A stretch of DNA of 64,000 nt from Marsupella aquatica. Lineage: Eukaryota > Plantae > Marchantiophyta. The notes beneath the pieces were generated by a model. That model saw only the letters and a list, made by a program, of their open reading frames with translations, made no database searches and was not told the DNA's origin. The position numbers were made by a program, and so were the translations under genes. The stretch spans positions 24,302,709 through 24,366,708 of the forward strand of contig OZ316894.1 of the NCBI GenBank assembly GCA_973895155.1, given 5' to 3'. Below are positions 35,701 through 48,732 of the stretch, one piece after another (the stretch's first letter is position 1; each line of letters opens with the position of its first letter).

Positions 35701-38700
35701 CCATTAAGCATTTCTTCGTTTCAAATAGTCTTGAAGAGCATACAATCTAGTATCAATTTCCCCGACTTCACTGACCGCCTCGTCCATCGCCACTCTGCTC
35801 CTGTTACTGCTTCTGTGTTTGATTAGCTCATGCGATCGACCTTTCCAATCCCAATCCCAATGCGGTGTTGTTGTCATTGTTGTCTTGGTACTCGGTGGTG
35901 GTGTGCATTGCTTTGGCTTGCTCGCTTGCTGCAGCCACTTATCTATGTCCACACCATTCCGGGGCACAACCAATCGGCTAGTAGTAGGGCAAGAAGAAGA
36001 CCTTCTTGCCAATGTCGTCGATCGAGGAGGTGTGGTCGAGTGCATTGAGTACAAAGGCGATGAGGTGCGAGACCTGGACGTATGAGATTGCCGTCCATGT
36101 GGTGGCAGATTTCGACCTGCCGTTGGAGAAGCAGTAGAGGGCCGCTGCAATTGATTTTGATTGATGTACCGACTTCGTGTTGTGGCTGGAGGAGTGGAAG
36201 AAGACCTTAATCGTCCCTGATACGGGTACCGGCGCAAAATCGGAGGCGGTGTGGGGGTCCGTTTTGGTGGCCTTGTTCGAAATGGAGACACATTATTATT
36301 TCTAGCACCACTTCCACCACTGCTTCCATTGAGTGATCTGAGCCTACCCCTCAGAAGACTAATTTGAAATTCGCTGTCCCGTAGCTTTTCAGACATTCTT
36401 CTCTCCGCTACTCTCGTCTTTCTTGCTTCGTCCTCAAGCAGCGTGTTCTTCCTGATGAGAGCTGTAATGGATTTCTTGTGAGCGGCAGCGTCTGTCCTCA
36501 ATTTGTCCTCCAGTGCTCTCACCTTCACTTGTAATGCTCGAGTGCTCTCTAGAGTCTCAAGCTGAGGAGCTCGCATGCGGGTCGTCTCGGACAGTCTAGT
36601 ATTATCTCTATCGCTATAACATCTTTCAATTTCCGAATTGCTGCCATTCTTATCCTCGCTGCTCTGTGAAGTGATGGAACCTATAGCACTGGCATTTGTA
36701 GAAGGTCTTTGGTGGAAATTCGTGTGTCGTGGAGATTCATATGTTTTCATACGAGCTTTCTTGGACTCCAACTCATTCTGGAGCCGTTGGTTGCATCTTC
36801 TAGTCACAAATGTTTCTGTTGTAATCGCATTTCTCTCGTCGTGGAGCAATGGGAGCGGATAGTGCACTCGGTCAAACTCTGTGATGTAGGTTAAGATGAG
36901 ATAGCGTTTATCAAGGGAAACATTCGACAAAGTAGAGTGCGAAGAGTGTTTCCTATCATTGGGGCCATTGTTTCTTCCATCTGTTTTCAACATCTCGAGA
37001 TCTTGGTAAGTGAGCACGTCCACATATAATGATTTTGTGGAACTCGAGGAGGAATTCGTGGTTGTAGCGCAGCGCAGCATTTTCACAAAATTGGAAAAGC
37101 TTTTAACACTACCGGCTCGCTGGGTGATGTCTGTAATGTAGCGTGCAGTAAAGTCCCCTCTCCATCTTGCACCGTCAATCTTGCGCTCCACTTCGATGGA
37201 AAGAGTCGCTCCTGGGGGTGACACAAACACGCTTAGCAAGTAGTTTCCGTCTCGAAGCTCCATCTCGGCCGCCCTGTTTTCTTCCTCGTCCGATTGTATA
37301 CCTGCCATCATCATCTGTTACCCTACGATCCATGTCAATGTGCTGCGAAGGAAAGCAATCCGCTGCATTTCTAATAATTGAGCACAATCTCATGAAATTT
37401 CATGTTGAATGAATTCTTCCTAGAAGAATTCATTCATTTCCTTACTTACCATATCGTAAGCGTAAGCTTTTCACGAAACATTAATATCTTATGATGACTG
37501 TATTCTTGAACGGGGGCCAGGGCAAGGGATTCAAAATTGGACGTAACCAGATCTAAATAAATAGGTTATCACCCATTACCAGTGGAGAATGATTGCCTTT
37601 CTTTAATTTTCTTAACTGCTTATTAACTAATTTCTTCAACCTATGATGCTATTCTTGATTCTTGATATTAATCTGACCACAGCGGCATTCCAGATGGTCA
37701 TATTTTTGTTCTTGAGATTGTACTTAACATTTAGTTTTCAGTATTTATCACTGACATCCCCCTCACTGCTCGTGCTTTTGTTCCAATTTGCCAATTTGCC
37801 TTGAATTCTGAATATGATATCCAAATGTAGAGATCATCATAATTCACTGCTCGAGAATTATTGTAGTTTTACAGTACTAGAATTAGGGATTTCTATATTT
37901 TAGAAATACGGTAATGGATTTCCCAACCTTTGATACTCTTCTGGATAATGGTCTAACAGTAGATAGAGTCTCCAATTGCATTGCAGATATACTTATTTAG
38001 GGACGAGAGAAATTGCCATACCAGTTTTTGCAGGACCGAAAACTCTGTTTTCTGACTAGATACACCAGCCAGCCAGCCTCCACTTCTCTTCTGATGCTTT
38101 TGATTTCTCGTTTTGGACTGAAAACCCGGCTTTCTAATTTGACACAGCAAGCCTCCACTTCTCTTTTGACGCTTTTGATTACTCTGATGCTACTGAAAAC
38201 TCTGTTCTCTGATTGATACACCAGCCAGCCTCCACTTCTCTTCTGATGCTTTTGATTGCTCGTTGCTGTCCATGAATTTACACCAAAGGCTGTCCATATT
38301 TGTTGCACTTGTCCTTGCTCTCCTTCACCCGTTTTAAGCTGCACCACACCTTAATAATGCGATGCTTACTCATGGTGGTGCAGGTCTCTACGTCCGGCGA
38401 TGACCTTCCTCCGGAGGAAGAACTGCGGGGTACAACAAATTCGGAAGGGAAAGATACCGAAAGAGGAGAACCTCTTCAGACAGCAGGAAATTATGTTGAA
38501 AACAATGAACGCACCAAGCCCGAAGGAGTGCCAGTTTTCCAGCAAGACAAGATGGAGCGTCAAAGCTCGACCGGAGTGCTGCATTTGAAAGAGATCCAAG
38601 AGGTAGTCTCTCTTGTGGATGAAGTCAAGAAAGTGCTGCGATTGAAGGAAGAGATCCAAGCGGTAGTCCCTCTTGTGGATGAAGTCAAGAAAGAGAAGAG

Positions 38701-39379
38701 CTTTCAGGAGAGCGATCATTCCCAAAAGCACGCGGATCATAAGCACGAAGCTAAAATCTCTGTTGAGCTGACCTCCACTCTGCTCAGAAGCTCTCCAAAC
38801 GAAATCACGCCGGCTGAGCGTGAAAATTCTGCTCAAATTCCCACACAAATAGCTGAGAAGGAAGGAACGACAATGGCAGTGACCAAGAAAGAGACTACTT
38901 CTCACGAGTGCGATGGTGTCCAAAGGCACTCCGATTATAACGAAGAAGCTCAAATCTCCGTTAATGTGACCTCGAACCTGCTCAGAATCACGGAAAGCTC
39001 TCCCATCGAAATCACATCGGGCAAGGATGAAGATTTCATTCAAATTTCCACACAAATTGCTGAGAACGACGCAATGACAGTAGCAGTGACGTCTCTTATG
39101 CTCCCCGCTTCTTCTCGTGAAGTTACTAACATCACCACGATCGTGGCAGCTAAAGAACACACAATTACCGCTGGAACTCAAAAGGCCGATGTCGTCACAA
39201 AAGTGGAGTTCACCAGTACAGCAAAAGGCCTGAAGCAGGAGATCGAGGAGAGTTGGCGTGGAAGTTGGTTGTCGTTCGAGGTGTTGGGGTTGGGGTTGGC
39301 GCTTATCGTTGCTCTGATTGCTGTCCTTGTTTGGTCAATTGGTGCACGCGGCACTTCGTCGGTACCCCGTTTGTATTGA
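32774..39379 (+). CDS. Multi-exon low-complexity acidic/Ser-rich protein with N- and C-terminal hydrophobic helices (function unknown)
   Basis: Large exon 32774-~33587 (N-terminal VVGGGLVVGIATVVVVGV). Small exons at ~33743-33792 and ~35129-35213 end GAGGAACAG|GT. Phase-0 terminal exon 38384-39379 ends in a TM helix (VLGLGLALIVALIAVLVW). The phase of the middle exons is not fully resolved. Confidence 0.55.
35704..37314 (-). CDS. CCDC61: CCDC61/VFL3-like centriole/basal-body coiled-coil protein, intronless, 536 aa
   Basis: N-terminal head motifs WRGDFTARYITDITQRAG..F..FVKML, DVLTYQDLEMLK and KRYLILTYITEFDRVHYPLPL, then coiled coil, Ser/Arg/Pro-rich tail and C-terminal EIDTRLYALQDYLK. Confidence 0.9.
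   Translation of the reverse strand: MMMAGIQSDEEENRAAEMELRDGNYLLSVFVSPPGATLSIEVERKIDGARWRGDFTARYITDITQRAGSVKSFSNFVKMLRCATTTNSSSSSTKSLYVDVLTYQDLEMLKTDGRNNGPNDRKHSSHSTLSNVSLDKRYLILTYITEFDRVHYPLPLLHDERNAITTETFVTRRCNQRLQNELESKKARMKTYESPRHTNFHQRPSTNASAIGSITSQSSEDKNGSNSEIERCYSDRDNTRLSETTRMRAPQLETLESTRALQVKVRALEDKLRTDAAAHKKSITALIRKNTLLEDEARKTRVAERRMSEKLRDSEFQISLLRGRLRSLNGSSGGSGARNNNVSPFRTRPPKRTPTPPPILRRYPYQGRLRSSSTPPATTRSRYINQNQLQRPSTASPTAGRNLPPHGRQSHTSRSRTSSPLYSMHSTTPPRSTTLARRSSSCPTTSRLVVPRNGVDIDKWLQQASKPKQCTPPPSTKTTMTTTPHWDWDWKGRSHELIKHRSSNRSRVAMDEAVSEVGEIDTRLYALQDYLKRRNA
38040..38260. repeat. Short imperfect tandem repeats (~3 copies) in intron
   Basis: CCAGCCTCCACTTCTCTTCTGATGCTTTTGATT-like unit at ~38073, ~38148 and ~38225. 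Confidence 0.75.
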
Positions 39380-42300
39380 CATTCAGAACAGCACTGCTGG
39401 AAAGAAAGGAGTGTTTACGGTATGTGGTTTGCTCTTCAAAACCTTTGCACTCTGGTTTGCATACTACACAAGAATTACATAACTGGCAGCACAAGTATTG
39501 CAGCGCGCACTGATGATCGCGTGGTGCTTGGGGAACTTCAAATGTTTCTATGGTATCGCTCAGTAATAACATGAATATTCTTCAACTGCTGCATCGGAAA
39601 TGTTGGGCAGACGATGCCAAAGCGGTAGTTAAACAATGTCCTGTGAGAATGACAAGAACTGGCCTCACCACTTCGGCAGCGCCCATCCTCTGCTCTTAAT
39701 GTGAACGAGTCCTTCACTTATAACTGGTCAAGAAACACTAGTAAATGTTTCCTTCTGCATTGTTGTAGCAAAGGCTTTCAAAACTGCGGAACTGTATATA
39801 GCGCGCGAGTAAATGTGATTGACGTAGCAGTTCCTTCACATTGGATTGTATAAAACGCATTTTCTTGATGCACAAACACATATTCTCCAGAGTGCGTATT
39901 TGTTAACCTCCCGGAGTATTGACCTTGACAGTGGTGTTCAAATTTGTCACAAATAACAGAGCTGATATGAATTTGATATGGACTACTCATTTCTCACCAT
40001 GCAGACTGAAGGTTCTGAACTACTGGAAACCTGATCTAATGTGAATCCATGATCGGAGATTAAGTCTTTCGATGTTAGACTTTGATCGGAGACTGAGGTG
40101 GCTTCAATTTACCTGAGGTCATGAGCAGGTTCATTTGAGCGTGAAATTAGACAAGCTGACGGACCACCTTTGGAGGTGGCGCATAATGTTCTCGACCGTG
40201 ACAATGCCCAGTGTGTCACCAGCGGCTGACCATGAACGCGGACCCTGACATTTTCTGTGGGGGGATATGCATGCCATTGCGTGATTTCTACCTGATTAGG
40301 GCTACATTTCGAATGCTGGTTCAAGGTAAAAATGTCCAGTGGTAGTCAAATCTGATATGAATCGCAATGATTTCATGTAATGGTTAGTGTCGAAAGTTGA
40401 CATTGATCAGTTTATCAAAATCACAACAGATCATCCGATCATCTAGTCGGTAGTCAGATGAGATTTGATAGAAATTTCTGAGCTCTACTATAGTCGTACT
40501 GTGGAAAACTGACATTAATGTATAATAATTACCACAGCATATCCGATCATCGGGAATGAATCAGCCCGTTGAGATGATCTTGCGGAAGCAAAGCAGTGAC
40601 ATCCTGACAGAAAATATTGTAGTCCGTGATGATGATGTATATTCGACGTAGCGAAAGTTGAGACGGAGCTGGAAGAATTGCGTGGAAATCTGTTAAGGAT
40701 TTATCGACCCTTCGAGGACTAGAGGTGCTTCGAGAGAGCTTTGAACCGCTCCCAGAAGCGACGAAGAGAATAGCGGCCCCATGAGTTTTGAAAGTTGCAA
40801 GCTGGCTTTACAATATTATCAATAAGCTGGAATTCTCGACATCAAACGGCCACACCGAAACTTATGGGACCGGAAAGGCTGTTGACAGAGAAAAACCAGA
40901 GAGAAAACCTAGACGCCATGCGTTGCTGCTTGAGAAAATAATTTTGGTGTCTTCAAAAGTCCTCGTGATACGATACAGGATATTGGGTAGCATATTCTCA
41001 GGAAGCATTATCGCGTAGCATGTGTTCTTGATTACCCCTGTTGTCCGTTTCTTATAGTGGAAAAGTCGGAACTATATCTTAAATGTGGTACATTTCTATC
41101 GATTTCATCTATTAGTTCTGAGAAATCTGCTACGTCGATTGCCATTCCATTCGACGCTCTCAGCTGACAGCGAAGATGAGATCTCCAATCTCTCCCCTGG
41201 CTGCCTCAATTTCAAAGCGGTGTTAGGACCCTACGAAAGCTTCGATTCTTTCTAGCGGCCAACTTTGAGACGACGGAAATCAACTGTACGACACGTACAT
41301 CGGTAAACCCAACTATTCAACCCTGACAATGTTCCTCTTCGCTAATTGCCCTTCCCAGTACGCAGTCACGCTTACAAGTCTCCTTGAGAATCAACAAGCT
41401 AGAATCATCATTAATTTGATCCAGCAAGATCTTTCACAAAGGTTTTGATACTGTGATTTGATCATCAACACAGTACTCAATCACGTACTTCAGCCACGCT
41501 TCCGAACGTTAGGCAAGATCACTTCACGAATTGCGCCACAGAATCGGACATTTTTGCATCGAGCTTTTCTTTCCCCTCAGTTACTACTTCTGACAGCCCA
41601 ATCCTGCCCTGAAGCAGAATTCTTTGAACAAAATCAACCATTATGTTAAGTGATTTTCTACCTCAATCTCGAGCGATTGACAAGATGAAGCCATTGCAAA
41701 TTTGACACGGTTAAAGAGACGGATGCTTATAAGGTGTCAAGACGTGTAACATTTCAATGAATTTCTCAATCATGACAGCATTCAACTCGAAGGTCAACAA
41801 TAGAAGTCAACAGTGGAACTTCGCTGAAGATACATTATTAATGTCTTAAACCTTCAGTTGGTGTCGATCAGCGCATACTTATTGCTATTAAGAAATAGTG
41901 GATCTTACTTGAGGATCTCCATGAAGGAGCAGCTAGAAGCTTGAAGTGACAGCTAACATGACAGTTTATTTGCAGGCTACCTAAAGTACTACATACGCTG
42001 AGCTCAGACTCTTTAGCTTCCAGAGCTACCTAGAGCTACCCATTGTGAGGCATCTCCAACTATAGGGCCCACTTTGTCAACTTCGTTTATTTCAAACATA
42101 TTTATTACTCTCCGCTGGACTGTATCGTATCACGAGGACTTTTGGACTTTCCCCAAGGCCCAAGAAGTACTACTGCTGCCTGATGCAGTGTAGATGTCTG
42201 GACGTCAGTTGTCTCCACGCGGAGATGCATCTTAAGCTGGCATCTCCCAGGACCCTGAGCATCCATACAGTGCAATTGTGAGAACAATAATGACAAATGG

Positions 42301-42461
42301 ATTGAATGCGTTGCTAATCAAGCTAACGAACATTTTGAGCAAAGTCCAAGGATTGACAACCAGAGGCACGATTGGCGTAGGCAGTCCAGAAGACGCGATG
42401 TCTCAACTCTCAACCATTTCACTGACAATATCTATCTGGGAATGTGAGTTGTGGGATGTGA

Positions 42462-42917
42462 CTAACCTGGGGGGTTGGTGTCACTGGTAACCGTTGTCGG
42501 ACCATTTGTGTTCCACGCTTTAAAAAAATTATATGTCTGGTGCTCATTGTCCCAGATGTACATGCCTCCACTCTCTGCCCTCCAGACACAGTTGCCACAC
42601 GGCAGAGGCATGTCCCACCAATGCTCCCGATCCCAGACGGTGAAAGACTGCCAATACTTATAATTTGGGCCCCATTGGAACCTGCACCAGAACACAGTGT
42701 TCATGATGATATTCTCGTGAAACTCAAAACGGTAGTCCTGGTTGATTTGTAGCTGCTGCCAATGCAGGTCGTCATCACCAGACTTGCAATGCACCCACAA
42801 TGGCTCCGTAAGCGAATTTATGATGTCCACTGAAGATTTGCCCGCTTCTGCAGAGGGCACCAGAGTGAATGTGATTGCGAGGACTGCAGCTGCAAACAGG
42901 ACTCCAACCATCTTCAT
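42462..42917 (-). CDS. Secreted S-protein homologue (plant self-incompatibility S1/SPH family), ~151 aa
   Basis: Signal peptide, then VDIINSL..LWVHCKSGDDDL..YRFEF..TVFWCRFQW..C..CVWRA..GMY pattern; single exon; TATA-like CTATAAATAT at 43120-43111. Confidence 0.9.
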   Translation of the reverse strand: MKMVGVLFAAAVLAITFTLVPSAEAGKSSVDIINSLTEPLWVHCKSGDDDLHWQQLQINQDYRFEFHENIIMNTVFWCRFQWGPNYKYWQSFTVWDREHWWDMPLPCGNCVWRAESGGMYIWDNEHQTYNFFKAWNTNGPTTVTSDTNPPG

Positions 42918-44265
42918 CACTGCGAGTGATCTTCACAAAGTAATTAAGGTTTCCACACGGGGGAGCGAAAAAAAGTAGGCAAAGAGTAAGCAAAACTGAA
43001 TGATACAAAGTGAGGCTTCAGGCTAAGAAACAGAATGCAGATATTGGTTTGGAAACCATGTAGAAAACAGACAAAGGATGGATTGAATGAAGAATACAAC
43101 GGGAGATTACATATTTATAGAAAAGTGCAGAAGTCCTGAGACCGCCACCCCGAGCCCCTACCATTGCTCTCTAACGTAAGCATGGACGGTACTCATTTTG
43201 TCGAACTCTTCCGGTACTGGTGCGGTATTATTTTGAAATTTCACATCCATGACAGATGCGATGGGAAATTGACCTCAAGCAGCCCATTGATTGAAGAACT
43301 TAACTATTCTCCTTGACTTTCTTCCCTTTCTTTTGACGTTTCTATGGAATCAACACCGGCATATGGAATATGCTTGCAAAGAAACGCTACGCCACTAGTA
43401 GATTAGATTGATTTCTCAACTGTCAATTCAGCAGCCAGGACTATCACACCTTCTACACAATCACGCCCTCTGATATGGCTTTGTAATACTGGAGGACAGC
43501 ATTGTTCACCGTACCGCTTACGAGTGTTATCCCGGAGGTCTTGAGATATCCTTGGCATCAAACGAGAGAATGGAATGTGCTCAGGCATCTTCCACCATAA
43601 TATTCTTAGAACGTCTAAATCAAACAATTTCTATGGCATGTCAGTTTCATCTTGAGTAGACAACGAGCACCACAATCAAATTATGACACACAGCTGGAAT
43701 AGACCACCGAAGGTAATCTATGTCGTGAGTGACAAACATGAGTGTTTTGGGGGTCGTGGTAGTTCTTCGTCATGGTGATGTCCTCATTTTTCTCATGTAT
43801 ATGCAGATCGTATTTTCTGACCAGACCGTTTTGGGGGATTCTTGATCAGATTGAGCAGAGTCATTTGGGAACCTGGACACTATTGGTATTAAGATTGATT
43901 ATTGTTAGCTGGAGCTGGAGCGATGAAGCTGAATGATGATATACGAGCTGGGACGAGCTGCCGCAGGCAATCATTCCGAAAGCTGGGTTTAGGATTCCTG
44001 AGTTGAGCTTGGCAATGCGGAACCATGATTGTAGTATGATCGATCGTATATCAGCTTAGGTCGTGGTGAGATCCAGCGATGCTCATGGCAATACTTATGT
44101 GTGAGGATAAATTGCAGTTAGTAGTGCTCCGTTCTCAATTGATCAGGTGGAGGCAAAGGGCCATCAACGATCAAAGCGCTTGTTCTTACTAGCCTTTCTT
44201 AGTACAGTAGCCCTCCTTGAGCTGGTTCTTAATTTACCTATGATTTAAGCAATTCAGCTTTATCC

Positions 44266-44339
44266 ATATCAGGTGTAATATTGTCTCCCCAAATTGAAAT
44301 CAATATCAGGTGTAATATTGTCTCCCCAAATTGAAATCA
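44266..44339. repeat. 37-bp exact tandem duplication
   Basis: ATATCAGGTGTAATATTGTCTCCCCAAATTGAAATCA x2. Confidence 0.9.
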
Positions 44340-46287
44340 ATGAAGAAATTTCATCTTTATTATGAAGTAAATGACCTCTAAACTTACCTAACTTCGAAAG
44401 TTAGTAAATATATACGAAACATATTGAAAGTGGTTAATCTGGTTGTAGAGAAAGCTAACGCGCATAGAAATGAGGATGAGAAAATGTTGACCCTGGATGA
44501 CACAAGATCACCAAATCCATTAACTCTCTTCACATGCAGCCCCTCTTCCACCTACTATGTTTACAGGCAGCCCTATTTTCAAATGCATCACACTGCACCC
44601 TCATCCCTGTTTTTCACCCCCACCCCTAATTCCATTATGGTCCCCTAAGTCCTTGAAAGTAAGTAGAGATGAAGACAATAAAGAATCATGGATTATATGC
44701 TATTTCTCATTCATTCTTACCTTATCCCTGCTTTTTGTCCACCCTGTTTTGTTGTTGTTTTGTCCTTATCAAGAGTTATGGTAGCTTTAAAAGTAGCTTT
44801 GTATGGCGCTTTATTAATAAGATTGCTGTGAAAGTTTGGTCGAGACTCCTACAGTTGTTCTCATTCATTGAAAACCATTGCTTGGAACCTTTGCCTTTGC
44901 ATGGACTACTGTCTTTTGGATAGCTTGGGGTTCAATTTCCCAGTTTTAGGGATGTGAGAGGTGATCCAATTGGTATACTAAGGTCGTGTTTCATATGCCA
45001 AGTTCTATGAAGTCTACCTTGTTGTGACCAGGCAGGCCACAAATATAAACATGCAATGTCACTTAAGGGGGTAATTCAGAAATGCAAATACCATTTTCCT
45101 TTGGCATGTGAAGGGGATTGGTACCCTCCTCTGTTATGGAAGAAAACCTTACCATAAGATGTATTAAATCATTTAAAAATTAAAAATAATTAAAAATAAA
45201 AAGATGTGTTAGATGATTAATTTCTCCTTTAAAAAAATGCTTTTAAATCACTAAACTTTCTTTCACTGTAATAAGGGGATGTAAAAAAATTCCTAATAAA
45301 TCATGGTGTGACAAATATCTATCTTCGTCCTAGCATGGCTGGGTGAAAAGGGGGCCTTTCCTGTCAGAAGTTGTGGTTTACTCTCGTCTCAGACAGCTTC
45401 AATTTGTGCCACCAGGTCCCAAATGCAAAACCTTGTACAGACAGGAGGCCACATTTTGACCACACCCAAAATTGCACATCTCCCAGAGATCTCTGGCGTG
45501 TGAGGCTGTTCAGCCATGTCTGGCCTCAGGTGTGGAAGATAAATGAGGGAGGACTTTGCAAAAATGACCAGACAACAAACTAAGGTCACTTCCAAGATTT
45601 TGATTACATTTCATCACAACAGTGTGTGTGACCTGTCCATTTTGGCTTTACATGAAACTGAGCATACAAAAAATCTGCCAATCATACAGGGACTGGAGTA
45701 GGTCCCAAAAAATGCTTATTGTGGTATCTACCTCTTCAGGTGGTATTTTGAAGGGACCCTTTATCTCTTGTCATTCCGTCAATACAATATTAAATGCTCT
45801 ACCTAAATACCTTTACTGGTCAGGATCCTTTTCTGGTCAGGATCCTTTACTGTTTTCTGTATCTAAATGCACCTTTGGATTCACGAATGGTAAAACACAA
45901 GTGATCAGTTTTACTGTGCCTAGAGCCTCGTTTTGCACAGGAAAAAAGGTCTGGTTACAAAAACTTACCACACTATAATCCTGAAAGATTTTTCACTCTA
46001 CTATATTTGGTTATCTTTTCCCTTTCCTCACACTTGATGACTACCCTAAATTTCCTGCAAGTGAAGGTTTTGATTTTTCTACCAATACAAGTAAAAACAA
46101 ATCTCTTATGCCCTTGCACTGCTAATCAAATTCAACAACTCACTCTGGCAGATTTGCCAAAAGTGGGGAAGGTCTCTGGATGAGGTAAACTCTGACGAGA
46201 GTTCCCCACTAAAACCGATGTTGGCCTGTAGTGGGAATTCTCTTCCATTTGTTCTTCCTGCTTCTTTTTGTAGGCAAGAGAGAGTGG

Positions 46288-48420
46288 CAAAAACCAGCAC
46301 CCATAAGGAGCATACAAGCTGAATGGATACAGGGGACACCAAGCAAGCGCCATGGTGGGCAAGTGTATGTTATATTTTGTGGAGATGAAGATGATAGGGA
46401 CATTATCTATTTGAACTTTGAATAGGTTTGATTAATTGTGAAGGTGAGATTTCTATTCCTGTACCTTCAATGCATGTTTCCTGTCCAGCTTCAAGAGTAA
46501 TTAAAAAAAATCTTTATCCAGAATCCACTAAGTCAATGAATCACAAGAAGGGGCATCTAGAGGTGTATGGAAAGCTGTCAATGTTCAAAGTAATAGTCTA
46601 GAGTCATTAAACCTAAGTATCCATAAAGAACCTTAACTAGAGATGACTCATGTATCGTTGTGTCAAAATAAACAAGAGAAAATGATCGAGCACTCATAAT
46701 TGTCATTGATTAAAGTTGCACAAAAGTTTTGCAAAAAAATCACATACCAAATTGGTCACGATTGCTTTCTAAAATTTGACCTTGGTTAAGTAACCAAAAT
46801 CCAATCATGAGTTACAATTCACAGCTGAGAATTATTACTGTAACAGAAAGGGGGGCATTGGGTTTGAACACATATTCAGAGAGGTTGCTGGATAGTTTTG
46901 GTTCAAAGCTACACCAAACTACATTGCAATAAAAAATCAATATACAAGTAGGTTTATTTCCCTCTCAAATTTGACTGAACAACTTCAATGCCCTTTTGTA
47001 ACATATGACCCAAAGCTTGCCTTCCGAAGGAAATTTTCACTGTCGATATCCAAATTGTCAATCCCAAATTAATATTGTACCAAGCGGAATCTGTTAATAT
47101 AATAGATTCAATGTATATTTGACTTCCAGCTTGACTATGTTTGTGGTTGGATAGAGCACCCATGGGCCCGCCCATGGGATTGGACATTCTGTTGTAGCTG
47201 CAAGAGTGTGGGTTTGTGGTGTTCACTATGTCTTGATCATGTTGTCTAAGGTGTATTGCAATGAGATTTGCTAAAAATTGTTCATGCTTGGTATTTAAAA
47301 TTAACTCTGGGTAATTTCATGGTCATCCTTCATACTTGCCTCAATAATTAATGGGGGCACTTGTGACATTCAAGTGCTAGCAGAATTGTCTTAAATATGA
47401 TGTAATTTTTGCAGAGTTTAGGGCTATGACTGCCACTGTCCATGTTCAAAACCTGGTGAATCCAAGTCGTCATAATTAGTCAGGAATGTTCTCAACAGAA
47501 GAACAAAGTGGGAGATCCAACAACTTTATGGACATGGGGGTTGCCAATTTTGTACCAATTTCCTGATCTTGTTAAAACACAAATTTTCCACCCACAGATG
47601 GCCACCGTTGCCATGTTGCTGATGGTACGCTCCAGTTGCCCACCTAGCTCACCAGGCACCATTTCTGGCCATAGCACTTCCCATCTTGACCCTCAAACAG
47701 GACCCATGCCATCCTTTGCAACAATCCTGTCCACTTGCTGACACATAGCTTACTGTGATGCAAGTGCTTAATATCAACTATTGGAGACAGTAGTATGGTT
47801 TGTGTTGTCAGCTGCAAAAAGTTATTATTACTTGCTTCCAGGCTTCCCTAATGGCTATCTTAAACTTTCCAAACCAACAAGTTTTCCCAGTAAGCTTTTG
47901 GGGGTATTTCAGTGACACTTAGCAGCCAAAAACGAGCAAGGTTTCTGGACAAGGTGGAATTCAATGAAAGATTACCACTAATGCCAGTACGTGGCTCTAT
48001 TCTATTTTTTTACTTTCTTTCTTTGTAAGGGTTTTGTGCACTTCATATCCAAGAAAGGGAGAACTAAAACCAGCACCCACATAGGAGCTAACTGGACACA
48101 GGGGACACAAAGCTAGCCCCATAGCAGACAAATGTTATCTTGTGTGATGGAGGAGATGCTATGAACAGACTCTGACAATTATTTTGACAGTTTAGATCTT
48201 CCTAGATTAAGCAAAGCCATTAGATTATGCAAAATTTGTGTAACATGGTTGGAGACTGGTTATTAAAACCCAACATCTCTGCCAAAGTTCTCTGGAAAGT
48301 TTTCTGGCAGAAAGACCAGCACCCACAAGGAACATGCAAGCTGACTCTTTCGCACAAGGTACACAAAGCAAGAGCCATTGTGGAAAAATGTTATCTTTCT
48401 TGTGAAGGATGAGATGCTAA
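46288..48420 (+). repeat. Three diverged copies of a ~110-bp dispersed repeat (~46288-46400, ~48066-48165, ~48311-48420)
   Basis: Shared ACCAGCACCCA..GGA..GCT..ACAGGGGACAC(A/C)AAGC..TGTTAT..GAGATG. Confidence 0.65.
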
Positions 48421-48571
48421 GAATAATCTTTATTCCAATATACTACATTTAATTTGACCTTACATATCCCTTGATTTAAGGAGAGTTGTCACATTGTGAC
48501 TAGTATGCCCTGTAAATTGGGAGGAGACCGCTAATGAAATAAAAAATCATGGCAAGTTTTGGATCAAATGT

Positions 48572-48732
48572 GGGTGGTATATGCTTGATGGACCCCAAAA
48601 TGAAACGTGTTACTTGATGGGACCCATGAGTGATCCAAACCATTCAAAGACCTTAAATCAAAGTACATAAAATCTCAGGGCTCTCATCAAGTAACACTTT
48701 TCATTTTAGGGTACATTAAACAAATACCACCC
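48572..48732. mobile_element. MITE-like element (~160 bp) with ~55-bp imperfect terminal inverted repeats
   Basis: GGGTGGTATATGCTTGATGGACCCCAAAATGAAACGTGTTACTTGATGGGACCC versus the reverse complement of the right arm GGGTGGTATTTGTTTAATGTACCCTAAAATGAAAAGTGTTACTTGATGAGAGCCC. Confidence 0.7.

Noticed and set aside
38366-39181. 271-aa minus-strand ORF
   Set aside because: Antisense shadow of the plus-strand terminal exon
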